From positions 96,784,001-96,848,000 of the forward strand of contig NC_045697.1 of assembly GCF_009834535.1 (NCBI RefSeq): a stretch of DNA of 64,000 bases. The letters are read 5' to 3'. The DNA is from Camelus ferus. Taxonomy: Eukaryota. Shown one piece after another: positions 11,799-22,900 of the stretch. Position 1 is the first letter of the stretch. Each line of letters opens with the position of its first letter. The translations under genes were made by a program, and so were the position numbers. The notes under the pieces are model-generated. The model made no database searches and had not been told where the DNA came from. It saw nothing but the letters and a program-made list of their open reading frames with translations.

Positions 11799-13857
11799 AG
11801 TGGCTTAAATAAGATTATTTTTCTCATGTAACAAGAAACTGGGATAAAGGAATATAAAGGATCAATAATGTTCAAATTGATATATCTCATTTGGGAGAGA
11901 GTTTCTCCCATTACTGGAAGACAGCTCTTGCATCTTACTATCACATTCATGTTTATGTTAGAAGAGGGTGGGAGGAAGAGGGAAGGAAAGCACGAGTTAA
12001 ACTTCAGAGTATAATTCAATAACCAGACCTCTTCCATAGAATCATGCTAGATGCAAGAAAGAGAGAGGAATCAAGACTCGAGCTTGCATAGCCTGAATTT
12101 TAGAGATGAAAAAGAGAGAATGGTGTTAGGTTTGAATATTTGGTGAGGCAGCTGACAGTTTACGTCAGAATTTCAGTATCTTTCTATAGGAAAATTTTAT
12201 ATTTTACTAATTATTAAATTATAAGGAAAATGTGCCTTCTGTATTTTCCTACTTGAAAAAGAAATATTTCTTACTAAATGAAATGATTTCATCAACCATC
12301 TTTGTGAGAAGTACTTGAATAAATGTGATTTCTTTTCTTCTCAGAAGAGCAGAGAATTTATGACTGCAATTTCCATATTTACACCCTTATCCTATACAGA
12401 GTTCCATTAGTCCTATGTAATCCCCCATTATTTGTTTTCCTCTTGGGACAATGAGCAGAGATTTAAGAACGAACCTAAGAAATTAGGTTCTGTAGCTTTC
12501 AGCTGTCAGTGAATTAGAGCTATAGCCTTTCTGGTTTCAACCTTCATGGTATGGTAACTAGAGGGCTGTCAATCAACTTTGCCTGCATATATTTTCAGAC
12601 AGAGTGGAGCAGAGCAAATGCACATTGGAAATGAATTTTGAACAGTTCAGCAGAAGAGAGGTTTTCTCTCACAGGAACAAGGCATTCAGCGGGAGTTAAG
12701 GTCAGAACTGACATACTTCTGTCAAAATGCTCCCAGATTTACACTGTGGAGCCCTACAGTCATCTTTGGAATCCCCTGCCTGTCCTTGTCTGAACAGGGA
12801 TCCCAGCGGTTTTGACCCTTAGGTCACTAAACAAACATTTCTTTCAAGTTGGCTTAGTTTAAGACATAGAGACCACTGTACAACACTGTGTATCTTTTTT
12901 TAATGTGGATATTTGGTAAGTCACCTTTATTATTTGAATATTTCAAGGAATGTATTTTATTCTGTACATATTATGAGTCATTATAGAATAGGATAATGTT
13001 TTAAACACAAAAATAATAATAATCAGTATTTTTCTGACTCAAAAGCAATTCTTCCACTACAGTTAAATGATTCATCCTACAACTTGAGCACAATCTGGGT
13101 CAAATTTATACACTGGCACAGTTCTATTTATTTTTATGTTAATTTGGGGTTGTAGCAAAGACTTACTTTGGTTTATTTCCAAGAAAGACAAGATCAACTT
13201 CCAGCTTGACAATACGACCATGGGGAAGTGTGTTGAAAGATTCTTATTTTAAAATAAAATTTTTAAAAAGATTGTATGTACATACTCTGAACCTAAGTCA
13301 AAATGTTACATATTATCTTTGAGAGTAAGACTTTAATTGTATGGCTCTCTGGAATGGAAAAGGAATCTATTATAATCTTACAGCCCTCAAATGAAAATAT
13401 TAATACATTTTTCTAATAATAGATCAAAGTCCCAAGTTTTTAGAACTCAATCATAATCTATCTGTCAAAATTATACATCTGCTAAAAATCCTTTCAGTAT
13501 TTTCTATCACATTAGTGAAGTCCAGAGCTTTCATTAAATGCATAAAAGCTTTCATCATAAAGTGTATATTCCAACTTTACTTTTAAAGCAAAAAAAAAAA
13601 AAAAAAGCTTTGCCTTTCTTACTCCCCATTCTTCTATCACAGTGGAGCATGTGAACAATCCCCTTTTGGGCCATAATAGATTTGTTAGATCTCTAGTACA
13701 AGAAAGAAATTAAAGTACAAAAAAGTATATGTTGATATCCACTTTCTTTTCACTGTGCTTACTAGTCCTTGGTTTTAATTTTTATAGTAATATACATATA
13801 TAACTCTTGGAAGGATAGACTCATGTTTGAATTATAGTTCTGTATACTAGGTCTCTA

Positions 13858-13973
13858 AATATGAAAATGAGTACGTGTATGTACATGCAAGACTGGGACA
13901 CTGTGCCGTACACCAGAAACTGATACATTACAATTGACCGTACTTCAATAAAAAAATAATAAAATAAAATAAA
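13858..13973 (+). mobile_element. Camelid L1 extreme 3' end (second subfamily)
   Basis: gactgggacactgtgccgtacaccagaaactgatacatt...acttcaataaaaaaa followed by an A-rich tail. Confidence 0.8.
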
Positions 13974-14943
13974 TTGTACCTACATATCGGGTTTCTGAAG
14001 TATACCTCATAGAAGAGGTATTTAATAAAATTTTCCTTGGAAAATTGAGACAAGGAAGAGGCACAGAATAATTATTACAGCTCCATATTCCCTTTTTCTG
14101 TCTGCACTCACCCTCTTACTCTCTGTACTATATACTCTATACTGATTAATAATGTCATCTGTTATGAATTATAGTCTTTTCAGTCCTTCCTGGACAAAAC
14201 ATGATTCAGATTTCCATGAGTGCCTTCATATTATTTTGTAAACCTATATAACCACTGCAAAAATATTCTTTGTATTTGTCTACCTTTTACTTTTAGTTCA
14301 AAAAAACAAACTAATTGTAAAACTTGATAAAGGGTAATACAATCCTCTGTCTTAAATAAATTAAATGGTTTTCATTAAGTTGGCACATTTGTGCTAATAA
14401 AAGCTCTTATGTCATCATGGTTTTAGTCTGTTTATCTCAGACGACATTTAAGATGTTTATCTTTAACTCCTAAGGGAACCATATACAAGTGTCATGGATT
14501 TAATTTGCACATGTCTGATAGAGTTGAGTGAGACTGATTTTTAAAAGCTACAAATTTAAATATTTAAAGTAACTGTTAAGAGTAACTAAAGCCATTTAAT
14601 AGTAACAAAAAAATACTGCTGAAGAGCTCTACTATTCATTTGAATCTAGAAAATGATCCATATCACTTTCTATCAGTTATCCAAAATATTGTTCATTTCT
14701 CTTTCATGTCAAAATGAAATAAAATATAATTCAGAAACATTTCTTCAGGAAAAAAGTCATTGGACAAATGACCACTTAAATACTTGGTTTCTGGGAACAT
14801 TAAGGTCATGTCTGCACTAGAAATGTGAAGACATAAATGAGACAAATTTCTAAGATGAAGTAAAGCTGAAAGCTCTTTTGCCAGGGCAGGCCAGCTGCCT
14901 AGCTAAATTATAAAACCATAATGTGCATGACTTTATCCACCAA

Positions 14944-15042
14944 TAAAATGGGAATTATACTACAAGCGAATTCTGTCAGAGGATGTTATAGAGATAATGA
15001 GATAATGTCCTTTAAGTGCTTTCGGTGTCTCGGATGAAAGAA
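14944..15042 (+). mobile_element. Ancient CORE-SINE 3' part (MIR1_Amn-like)
   Basis: taaaatgggaattatactac...gaggatgttatagagataatgagataatg...aagtgctttcggtgtctcggatgaaag. Confidence 0.5.
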
Positions 15043-16074
15043 GATAACTTTTCCATCCTCAGTAAAGAGGAGACCCATGATTGCTAACATTTCACACTGC
15101 TAAATATACCTTCTTTAGGAAAGTGATGCTATTAAAATAATGATACATAAAGCTCCTCTACTAACCTACTGTAAAGCTTTATTCATCAATAATGAAGGCA
15201 TGGATTTGTGGCTGAAGTTCATGAGCTTCTCTAAAAATATATCAACTATTTTCTCTAGGATTAACAGCCAAATTCAAGGGCTTTTACTTCAAGGCTGGCT
15301 GTAGACATGAAGCATTCTAAAGCATAACAAATTTTCTATCAGTAAGAAGGTCCTCCAGTTAGTATACAAATGTGAATAATGAAAGTCTTCCTCCTCCATG
15401 TTAACTAAAACAAGACCTAGTATATGTAACCTCATTGCTCTTTTAAACTGTCATGTCCTTCCACTGTCCAACAGAACTTATTACACATAACTTACTCAAC
15501 CAGTCTGTCCTCTCTGAGTGACCACAGTACAGCAATATAATTAATTTTAATTGATTCAATCAACGTGAAACCATATCACTATGGTATGACCCTCTGTCCA
15601 ACTACCATGCTTTGCTTTAAACTTGATAAATAACCAATTAGCCATATGGTCAGTGAGAGGTCTTGGGGGGGGGTTTCCTTTTATTTTTCCTTTCCTTTGG
15701 CCTCAGTTGTCTGTAAAGTTGGTGCAGTTTCTGGAAATTTACATTTCCAGAATGTAATGTAATTTCTACATATGGAGAAATTAAATGCCTAAGAAATTAA
15801 TAAATGCCTGTAGCAATTATGAAAAAAATTAAATTTCCAAAGGAATACATTGCAAATAGTAATAATAAACATCTTAGAACCTGTGAATGATGAAGCAGGC
15901 AATTTCTTGGTAGATTACAAATTGTTCTTGAAAATTTCATTCAAATAAAAAGAAATCACTATTTTTAGTAATAAATTTTGTCTCAGCCATAAAATACTGA
16001 TGGCCATGTAAATGTTTAACGTTTTCAGTTTGGTATTTCTCTAATTATAAAATATGTAATTATTTTCCTTTTGC

Positions 16075-16451
16075 AGTGATTGCCTTAGGTGGGTCCTTGT
16101 GCCCCAATTCCAGCCAGTGAGAAGTTAGAAGCCTTCTGGTAATGGAAAGAGTAAGTAGGTCATAATGAGGACTTAAGGAAAAGATGATCCTTCTTGTCTC
16201 CAGACATTGATGTGTAAGAATGTGATGTCTGGAATTTCTGAAACCATTTTTCAGCTGAAAAGAAGAGAGTCAATATACTGAGGATAAATGAACAGGAAAA
16301 AATGGAAAGAACTTGCACTCCTGATAAAGATACTAAATTCACCAAAGTCGAAATGATTTTATCTCTACACTTTGTAATAAATTATCTTAATGTTTATGTC
16401 ATTTGAGTTTAGATTTCTAGTATTTGCAGCCCAAAACAGCTTAATTTATCA
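16075..16451 (+). mobile_element. Old MaLR LTR (MLT1I/J/K-like)
   Basis: ccaattccagccagtgaga, gaatgtgatgtctggaa, ggaaagaacttg, tatttgcagcccaaaacagcttaatttatca end. Confidence 0.6.
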
Positions 16452-17494
16452 GGTACCTTAGTGAGAACCATATCCATGAGGACTTGAGGTACTGATCCAC
16501 AAATTCTGACTTTGCTGACAGGGTTAGCAGCTGTAGCCCTGGGATCCCCATGATTGTGTAGCTGGGTTAGGGTTCATCTTCCTGGGAATGCCATGGCTTT
16601 TAGTCTGGCAAACCCCAATGGCAAGAGGAACAGCATCAGGTGACATTAAGGGATCAAGGAATTTCATTTGGTAGTCCATTCACTCATTCTTTTCCCTTGT
16701 ACTGAGTTTAACACAAAGCAATTGTCTCTCCATTTTGATAGACTGGATTTTCTTCTTTGAAGCACCACAGTATTTTGTTCAGGCAAGCTTAACTCTGGTG
16801 GCAGTAATAAGTAGGAGGCAGAATGTATATGAAGAAACCTATATTAACTTAAAAGTTTGGGAATCCAAGATCCCCAAGGGCTTAAAATCAATAAGAACCT
16901 AGTATTTCGTGGAAACACGCCCTTTTATTGTAATCCCAAGCTAATGAGTCCTCGGCAAAGCTTTTCAAAATAAAACTTGCCTGATGGCAGTGTTGGGATT
17001 TAAACCCAAGTACTCTCTCAGTCATTAAAAGCAGTAAGGTTAAGTCCATATTTTTAATCATTAAGCTACACAGCCTTTAACATAGAGTACAATAGATTAA
17101 AAAACAGACAGATGTACAAGACAAGTGGTGTCCCAAAGGAGCAGCAACCAATTTGGCACTGAGTCTGTTTTGTATGAGGTTAGTGGCAGAGTGGTTCATT
17201 GCATGTTTGCTAGATAGGGCTTAAAATGAATCTTTGAAGTCTAACTAAGAACTAAGGTGGTGTTCCATGAAAAGAACATTCCAGTAGTTGGAAGAGCATG
17301 CACAAAGAAAATTAAGTGAACTTAATTCAGGAAATTGTCTATTCTTTAATTTCTCTGATTCCAAGTGATGTCAGTAGATGAATGATAATTCATCTTACTT
17401 ACACAAGGAAGAAAAAAATCCCCCTAAGGACTGATTAAGTAACGTCTTTGTATGTATTGACATTCTAGCCTATTGCATACCTAATTTATCACTT

Positions 17495-17635
17495 AACTTC
17501 ATAATACCATTGATACCTGTTTACATGTCTGTTTCACATTGGTCTTTAATTTCTGTTAAGACATACTATGTCTGCCTTGTTTACAGTTGTGTTTTTTAGT
17601 AGAGTGTCTGGCTTATAACAATTCAATTGATAACT
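17495..17635 (+). mobile_element. L2 3' end
   Basis: tgtttacatgtctgttt...tatgtctgccttgtttacagttgt...agagtgtctggctta. Confidence 0.5.
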
Positions 17636-19279
17636 TATACAATATACAATATATACATAGTTATAACAGATAATGTTTTTCCAGACTCTTTTTACCTCAT
17701 TCTAACAAAGCCTTCCTCCAACTCCTCTTCATAGCCAAAAAAGATATAGTGGAAGACTTGAAACAGAAATCTAATGTCCACTGTCATAGAAGTATTGAAA
17801 GGATGACTCACACGGAAACAGAAGGATGAAACACTGGATATATTCTGAAATTGAATTATTTCACTTTCACTTGTTTTTAAACTTAACACTGTGCTCCAAC
17901 AGAATGAAATATTTAAATATTGATAATTAATATCATGATAAATATTTATTGTTGCTTTATAAAAAAACGATGTTAATGAGGAACCATCCTTGAAAAACTA
18001 AGGAAAGTTTTCAGTATTATTAACTAGACAATGAGAGGAATATTATGATACCAGTGTCTGGGCGATTACATGTTTTTATTCTATGATTGGGCCTACTTGA
18101 CCAACAGACCTAAAGACATAGATTTTGGTTAGTAGTAATGCTGGCACTTTGATATATATTTTAATAACTCCAATGTCTATTGGTTCTTTAGTTCTAAACT
18201 TAGACTGAGAACAGTGGCATTAATTTAAAGACTAAAAATTGGCAGGAAGTAAATAAAAAAAGGTAAATTTGGTTACATAGGTTTATGAATGCCATATAAA
18301 GAATTGTGAACTTTATGTTAAGATCAGGCAATCCACTGAGTGTTTCTGACCAGTTCTCTGTTCCTAAAAGGAAATATGGGGAGCCATTAGTAATATCTAT
18401 TGAATATGTGTGGGACGGCATCCAAGAGGAACTGGAGTATTGAAACAAACTACTGTCTGACTATGCCTAAGCTCCTGAGTTTATAAATACTCACATCTCA
18501 GTACAAACTGTGTTAGCTTTCAATGACTTAAAAAGAGTAAATTGAAATGAATTTGAAACAACTCAGTTTAGGGTTCATTAAAGTCGTCAAAAAACTTGTG
18601 GAAGTATTTAGCTTCCTCTTCTTGTTTCATTGTCCTTTCACTATGTTTTTCTTTATAAAAGCACTATGTTTTTCTTTATAAAAACTTTAAAGAAAAAGTT
18701 TTTCTTTAAAAAAACTTCTTTATAAAGTTTTCTTTATAAAAGCACCCTCTTGAAGCTAATTTATAATTGAGACTTTGGCTTTTACTTTTACTATATCAAA
18801 GATTTCATGCCTTAGCGCAGGTCATGTATTTTATTCTTAGTATTCAGGAGTCTGGGGACTTTACTAATAACATCATTGACTTAGAGGGAGATCTTCAATG
18901 AATGGATACTTGACACTCAAGCACCATTTTCATAGACTTATCAATTTATGTTCAACTCCAGTCTACTTCTTGTTAGCATTCATTTCCTTTGCACTTTTCA
19001 AAGCATCTTCCAGATATCCGAAAAATTTCAGTTTGGTTTTATGAGAAAGTAACACTGTTTTAAGTAATCCTGAATGTTAATTGCACAAGGAAACCAATCC
19101 CACTAACCATAATCATTAATAGTCAATGTGTTGCAGATGTTAATATTAAATTCTCACTTTGCTTTGAAATTCTTTCTGCCTCTTTAAAATGTAGCCAGTT
19201 TTGCTTAGATAAAATCATCTTAAAACACCAGCTTTCCTTAATATATATTTTTATTCATAAAATATTCTTCCTGTTTTAT

Positions 19280-22200
19280 GTAGTGGTAGGTTCAATTTTC
19301 TAATATTTTCTTAAGTATTTTTGTATCTAGGCTTTTGATCAGTAATATTCTTTTCTTATGGCATTTCTAACAAGTTTTAGAATGAGAAACCATGTTACTT
19401 AGGAAAATCATTTGGGGAATATTTTCTTCTCTCTATTTTCCTGAAAGATTATGTGTAAGTTTGACATTATTTCTTCTTAAACATTATATGTAATATTTAT
19501 ATTTAAAAAAAACTGGAAGTTTCTTTGTTGCAAATAGTTAAAAACAAAATGAATTTTTGTATCAATTTTGATAACTGTTTTTTAAAAATTTTTTCAGGTC
19601 ACCTAAAATATGGAGTTTATTAGTATAAAGTTATTGTAATTTCTTATTATTACTCTGATATCTCTAGGTTCTAAGTGTCATAACTTCTTCCATTTCTGAT
19701 ATCAGTAATTTATTCTTTTTCTTTTCTTGATCCATTTTGTTACATGTTTTTTGAATTTAATATTTTTAAAGCACCAACTTTTGGTTTTGTTAATTTTGTG
19801 CATTATTCTTCTGATAAGATTGATTTCTTCTCTTTTCTTTATTATTAATCTCCATTAACTTCCTTTATGTTTACTCTTTTTTTCTAGCTTTCTAAGAAAG
19901 AAGTTTTAGATCAATGTTGTAAAACTTTGGTTTTGGATGTCAGCATTTGATGTTAAAATTTTCCCTATGAGCATTGGTTTATCTGTACTGTTTAATTTCT
20001 AACTATTCGGTGATTTTCTAGATAAAATATTATTGATTCTAATTTAATTCCAGTGTGATCAGAAAATACATTCTCTAACATTTTATTCTTTTGAAATGTA
20101 TTGTGACCTTTTTATGGTCCAGTATATAGTTTATCTTTGTGAATATTTTATGTGCATTTGATAAAATATGTATCTTGTGACTGCTGGGCATAATATTGTG
20201 TAAATTTCACTTATGTTGTGATAGTTGATTGTTCTGTTCAAATCTTCTGAATCCTGTATTAATTGCTGAGAGAGCTGTATTAATTGCTGAGAGAGCTGTG
20301 TTAAAATCCCCAACTATGATTGTTACCAGTCTGTTGATCCTTCAGTTTTGTCAGTTTTTTGCTTCATGTATTTTGAAAATCTATTAGGTCCATACACACA
20401 TAACTGTTTAATCTTACTGATTAGTCAATCTTATTAACATTGGATATTTCCTTCTTTATTTCTGGTAACAATCTTTGTATTGAAGTCTGCACAGTCTGGT
20501 AGAATATAGTCACCCAAACTTATTTTCCTTCATTTTACCTGGAATATTTCTATGTCTTTGTATCTAAAGTGTATATCTGATAGACAACATATGGTTGGGC
20601 TTTTTTTTTTTTTAATCCACACTGGCAAATCTACTGTTTAATTGTAATGCTTGGTCTAGTCAATAGAATTACTGATATGGTTGAACTGAGGTTCCCATTT
20701 ACTATTTGTTTTTCTTTGTCCTATGAGTTTTTTCCCCTCCATTCTATACTCCTGTATTTTATTAGGTTAATTAAATAGCTTTTAGTGATTGAATCATGGG
20801 ATTTCAATATACAACTCTAACTCATCATGATCTACTCAGAGTTAATATTGTAGTACTTTGGGCAGAATATATAAACCTTGTAACAGTATCATTTCAATTA
20901 ACTCCTCATTCTTTGTGCTGTTTTATAAACTACATTTGGTGTAATAATTTTAATTTTCAACAGTCATATATCTTTTTACAAAATTAGAACTATATCTCCC
21001 ACATATTTTTTTTTCTTTTTTTAACATTTTTTATTGATTTATAATCATTTTACAATGTTGTGTCAAATTCCAGTGTTCAGCACAATTTTTCAGTTATTCA
21101 TGGACATATACACACTCATTGTCACATTTTTTTCTCTGTGAGTTATCATAACATTTTGTGTATATTTCCCTGTGCTATACAGTGTAGTCTATTCTACAAT
21201 TTTGAAATCCCAGTCTATCCCTTCCCACCCTCCACCCCCCTGGTAACCACAAGTCTGTATTCTCTGTCTGTGAGTCTATTTCTGTCCTTTATTTACGCTT
21301 TGTTTTTGTTTGTTTGTTTGTTTTTGTTTTTGTTTTTTAGATTCCACATATTATCTCCCACATATTTATTACTTCTTGTGCTCTTTATTTCTAAATGTAG
21401 ATCTAAGTTTCTGTCTAATGTTACCTCACTTTAATTCAAAGAACATCTTTTAGCATTTTTGTAGTGCAAGTCTCCTGGAAAATAGTTTTCTCAGTTTTCT
21501 TTTATCTGAAAATGTCTTTATTTCAACTTCAATTTAAAGACTAGAGTTGCTAAATATAGAGTGTCCTATTGATATTTTTGTTTCCTTTCAGTACCTTAAA
21601 GATTTTGCTCCATTTTTTTTCTGTCCTCTCATTTTTTTTCTTATACAAGATCAGTCTCATTCTTATTATTTCCCTGCATGTACTATTTCAGTTTTCTTTG
21701 GCTCCTTTCCTTATCTTTGCGTTTTATCAGTTGTGCTATGAAATGTTTAAATTTGGTTTTCTTTGTATTTATCTTGTTTGGCATTCAGTTTGTTCCTTCA
21801 AACTGTAGATAGAAACATACACAAAATTTGGAAATTTTCTACTGTTTTTTTTCAGATACCTTTTTGTTTTACTCTCTCTCTTCATCTTCTGGGCTGCCAA
21901 ATTACATAAACATTAGACCCCTTAAATTTGTTCCATTGATTACTGAGTCTCTGTTGTTGAAATTTGATCAATTCTATTGATATCTCTTAAAGTTCACTGA
22001 CTTGTTCTTCTACAATCTAAACACTACTGTCAAGCCCATTCAGTGAATTATTCCTTTCACTGATTAAACTGATTATTCTGGAATTTCCATGTTTTTTAGT
22101 TTTATATTTGTCAATTCTCTGCAGAGAGACAATATATTTCATTTCATTATGACTATATTTTCCTTCAAATTCCTGAATATACTTAAAATAGCTCCTTTAA

Positions 22201-22900
22201 AGCTCTTTTCTGCTTCTTCCAACATCTGGGTCACCTGAGGCTCTGTTTCTGTTGAACAACTCTTGATTGTTTTCATGAGTATAAGTTATGTTTTTCTATT
22301 CCTTGTTATGTCTGATAACTTTTTGCCTCTTAATAGGCATTTTGAATAGTATATTGTAGCCACCCCAAGTTTAGTTACATTGCCTTGAAGATGGTTGATT
22401 TTTGTTCTAGGAGGCTATGAACTTATTTCTATAACAGACTCCAAACCGTTTTCTCTGGAGTGGAATACAGCAGAAGTCTTCAGTCAGTTCTGTCAGGTTA
22501 CAGTTGCCAGGTTTACAGGAACACTGCAGTCTCTTTGCCATGGTATAATTCAGTGATTGGGCAATGACTTGGGCAAAATTTACAAAGAAATTTTAGAGTG
22601 CAACCCCTTTAATGTCTCACTTTTGTCTGGACTTCTGCTTCAGTTTTTATTTTTGTTTTTATGGTCTGTTATCCTTGAGTTGTGTATTCTGACACCTCAA
22701 GTAGTTGACACTGCTTACTTTGCTGTGCCTAGGAGCTTAAGGAATACCCTTAGCCAAGTAAGTTACAAGCAGTTGGAGCCAGTTCATTTCCATTTTTTCA
22801 AGCATCTAGTTTCCTCTATTTTTGCCTACTTTTAGACAGACCCATTGACATTAAAACATCGAATTTTAAAATATTTTGTCATTTAATTATACTTGTTACA
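19280..22900 (-). mobile_element. Old L1M LINE (ORF2 5' half, ORF1 region), heavily decayed
   Basis: T-rich antisense L1 motifs: accaacttttggttttgtt, tctaatttaattccagtgtgatcagaaaata, tgttaaaatccccaactatgattg, ttttatctgaaaatgtctttatttc, ccaacatctgggtca. Confidence 0.85.
21009..21351 (-). mobile_element. Young camelid L1 3' end nested in old L1
   Basis: Poly-T then aacattttttattgatttataatcattttacaatgttgtgtcaaattccag. Perfect 16-bp TSD tatctcccacatattt at 20993-21008 and 21352-21367. Confidence 0.95.

Noticed and set aside
17685..17829. Acceptor-like tttttccag followed by a 47-codon open frame (LFLPHSNKAFLQLLFIAKKDIVEDLKQK...)
   Set aside because: Short pyrimidine tract, no recognisable protein and no clear downstream canonical signal. 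It cannot be supported without RNA data.
21060..21434. 124-aa ORF, similar to the 91-aa ORF at 44293-44568
   Set aside because: The similarity arises because both are antisense readings of the same L1 3' UTR, not a gene family.
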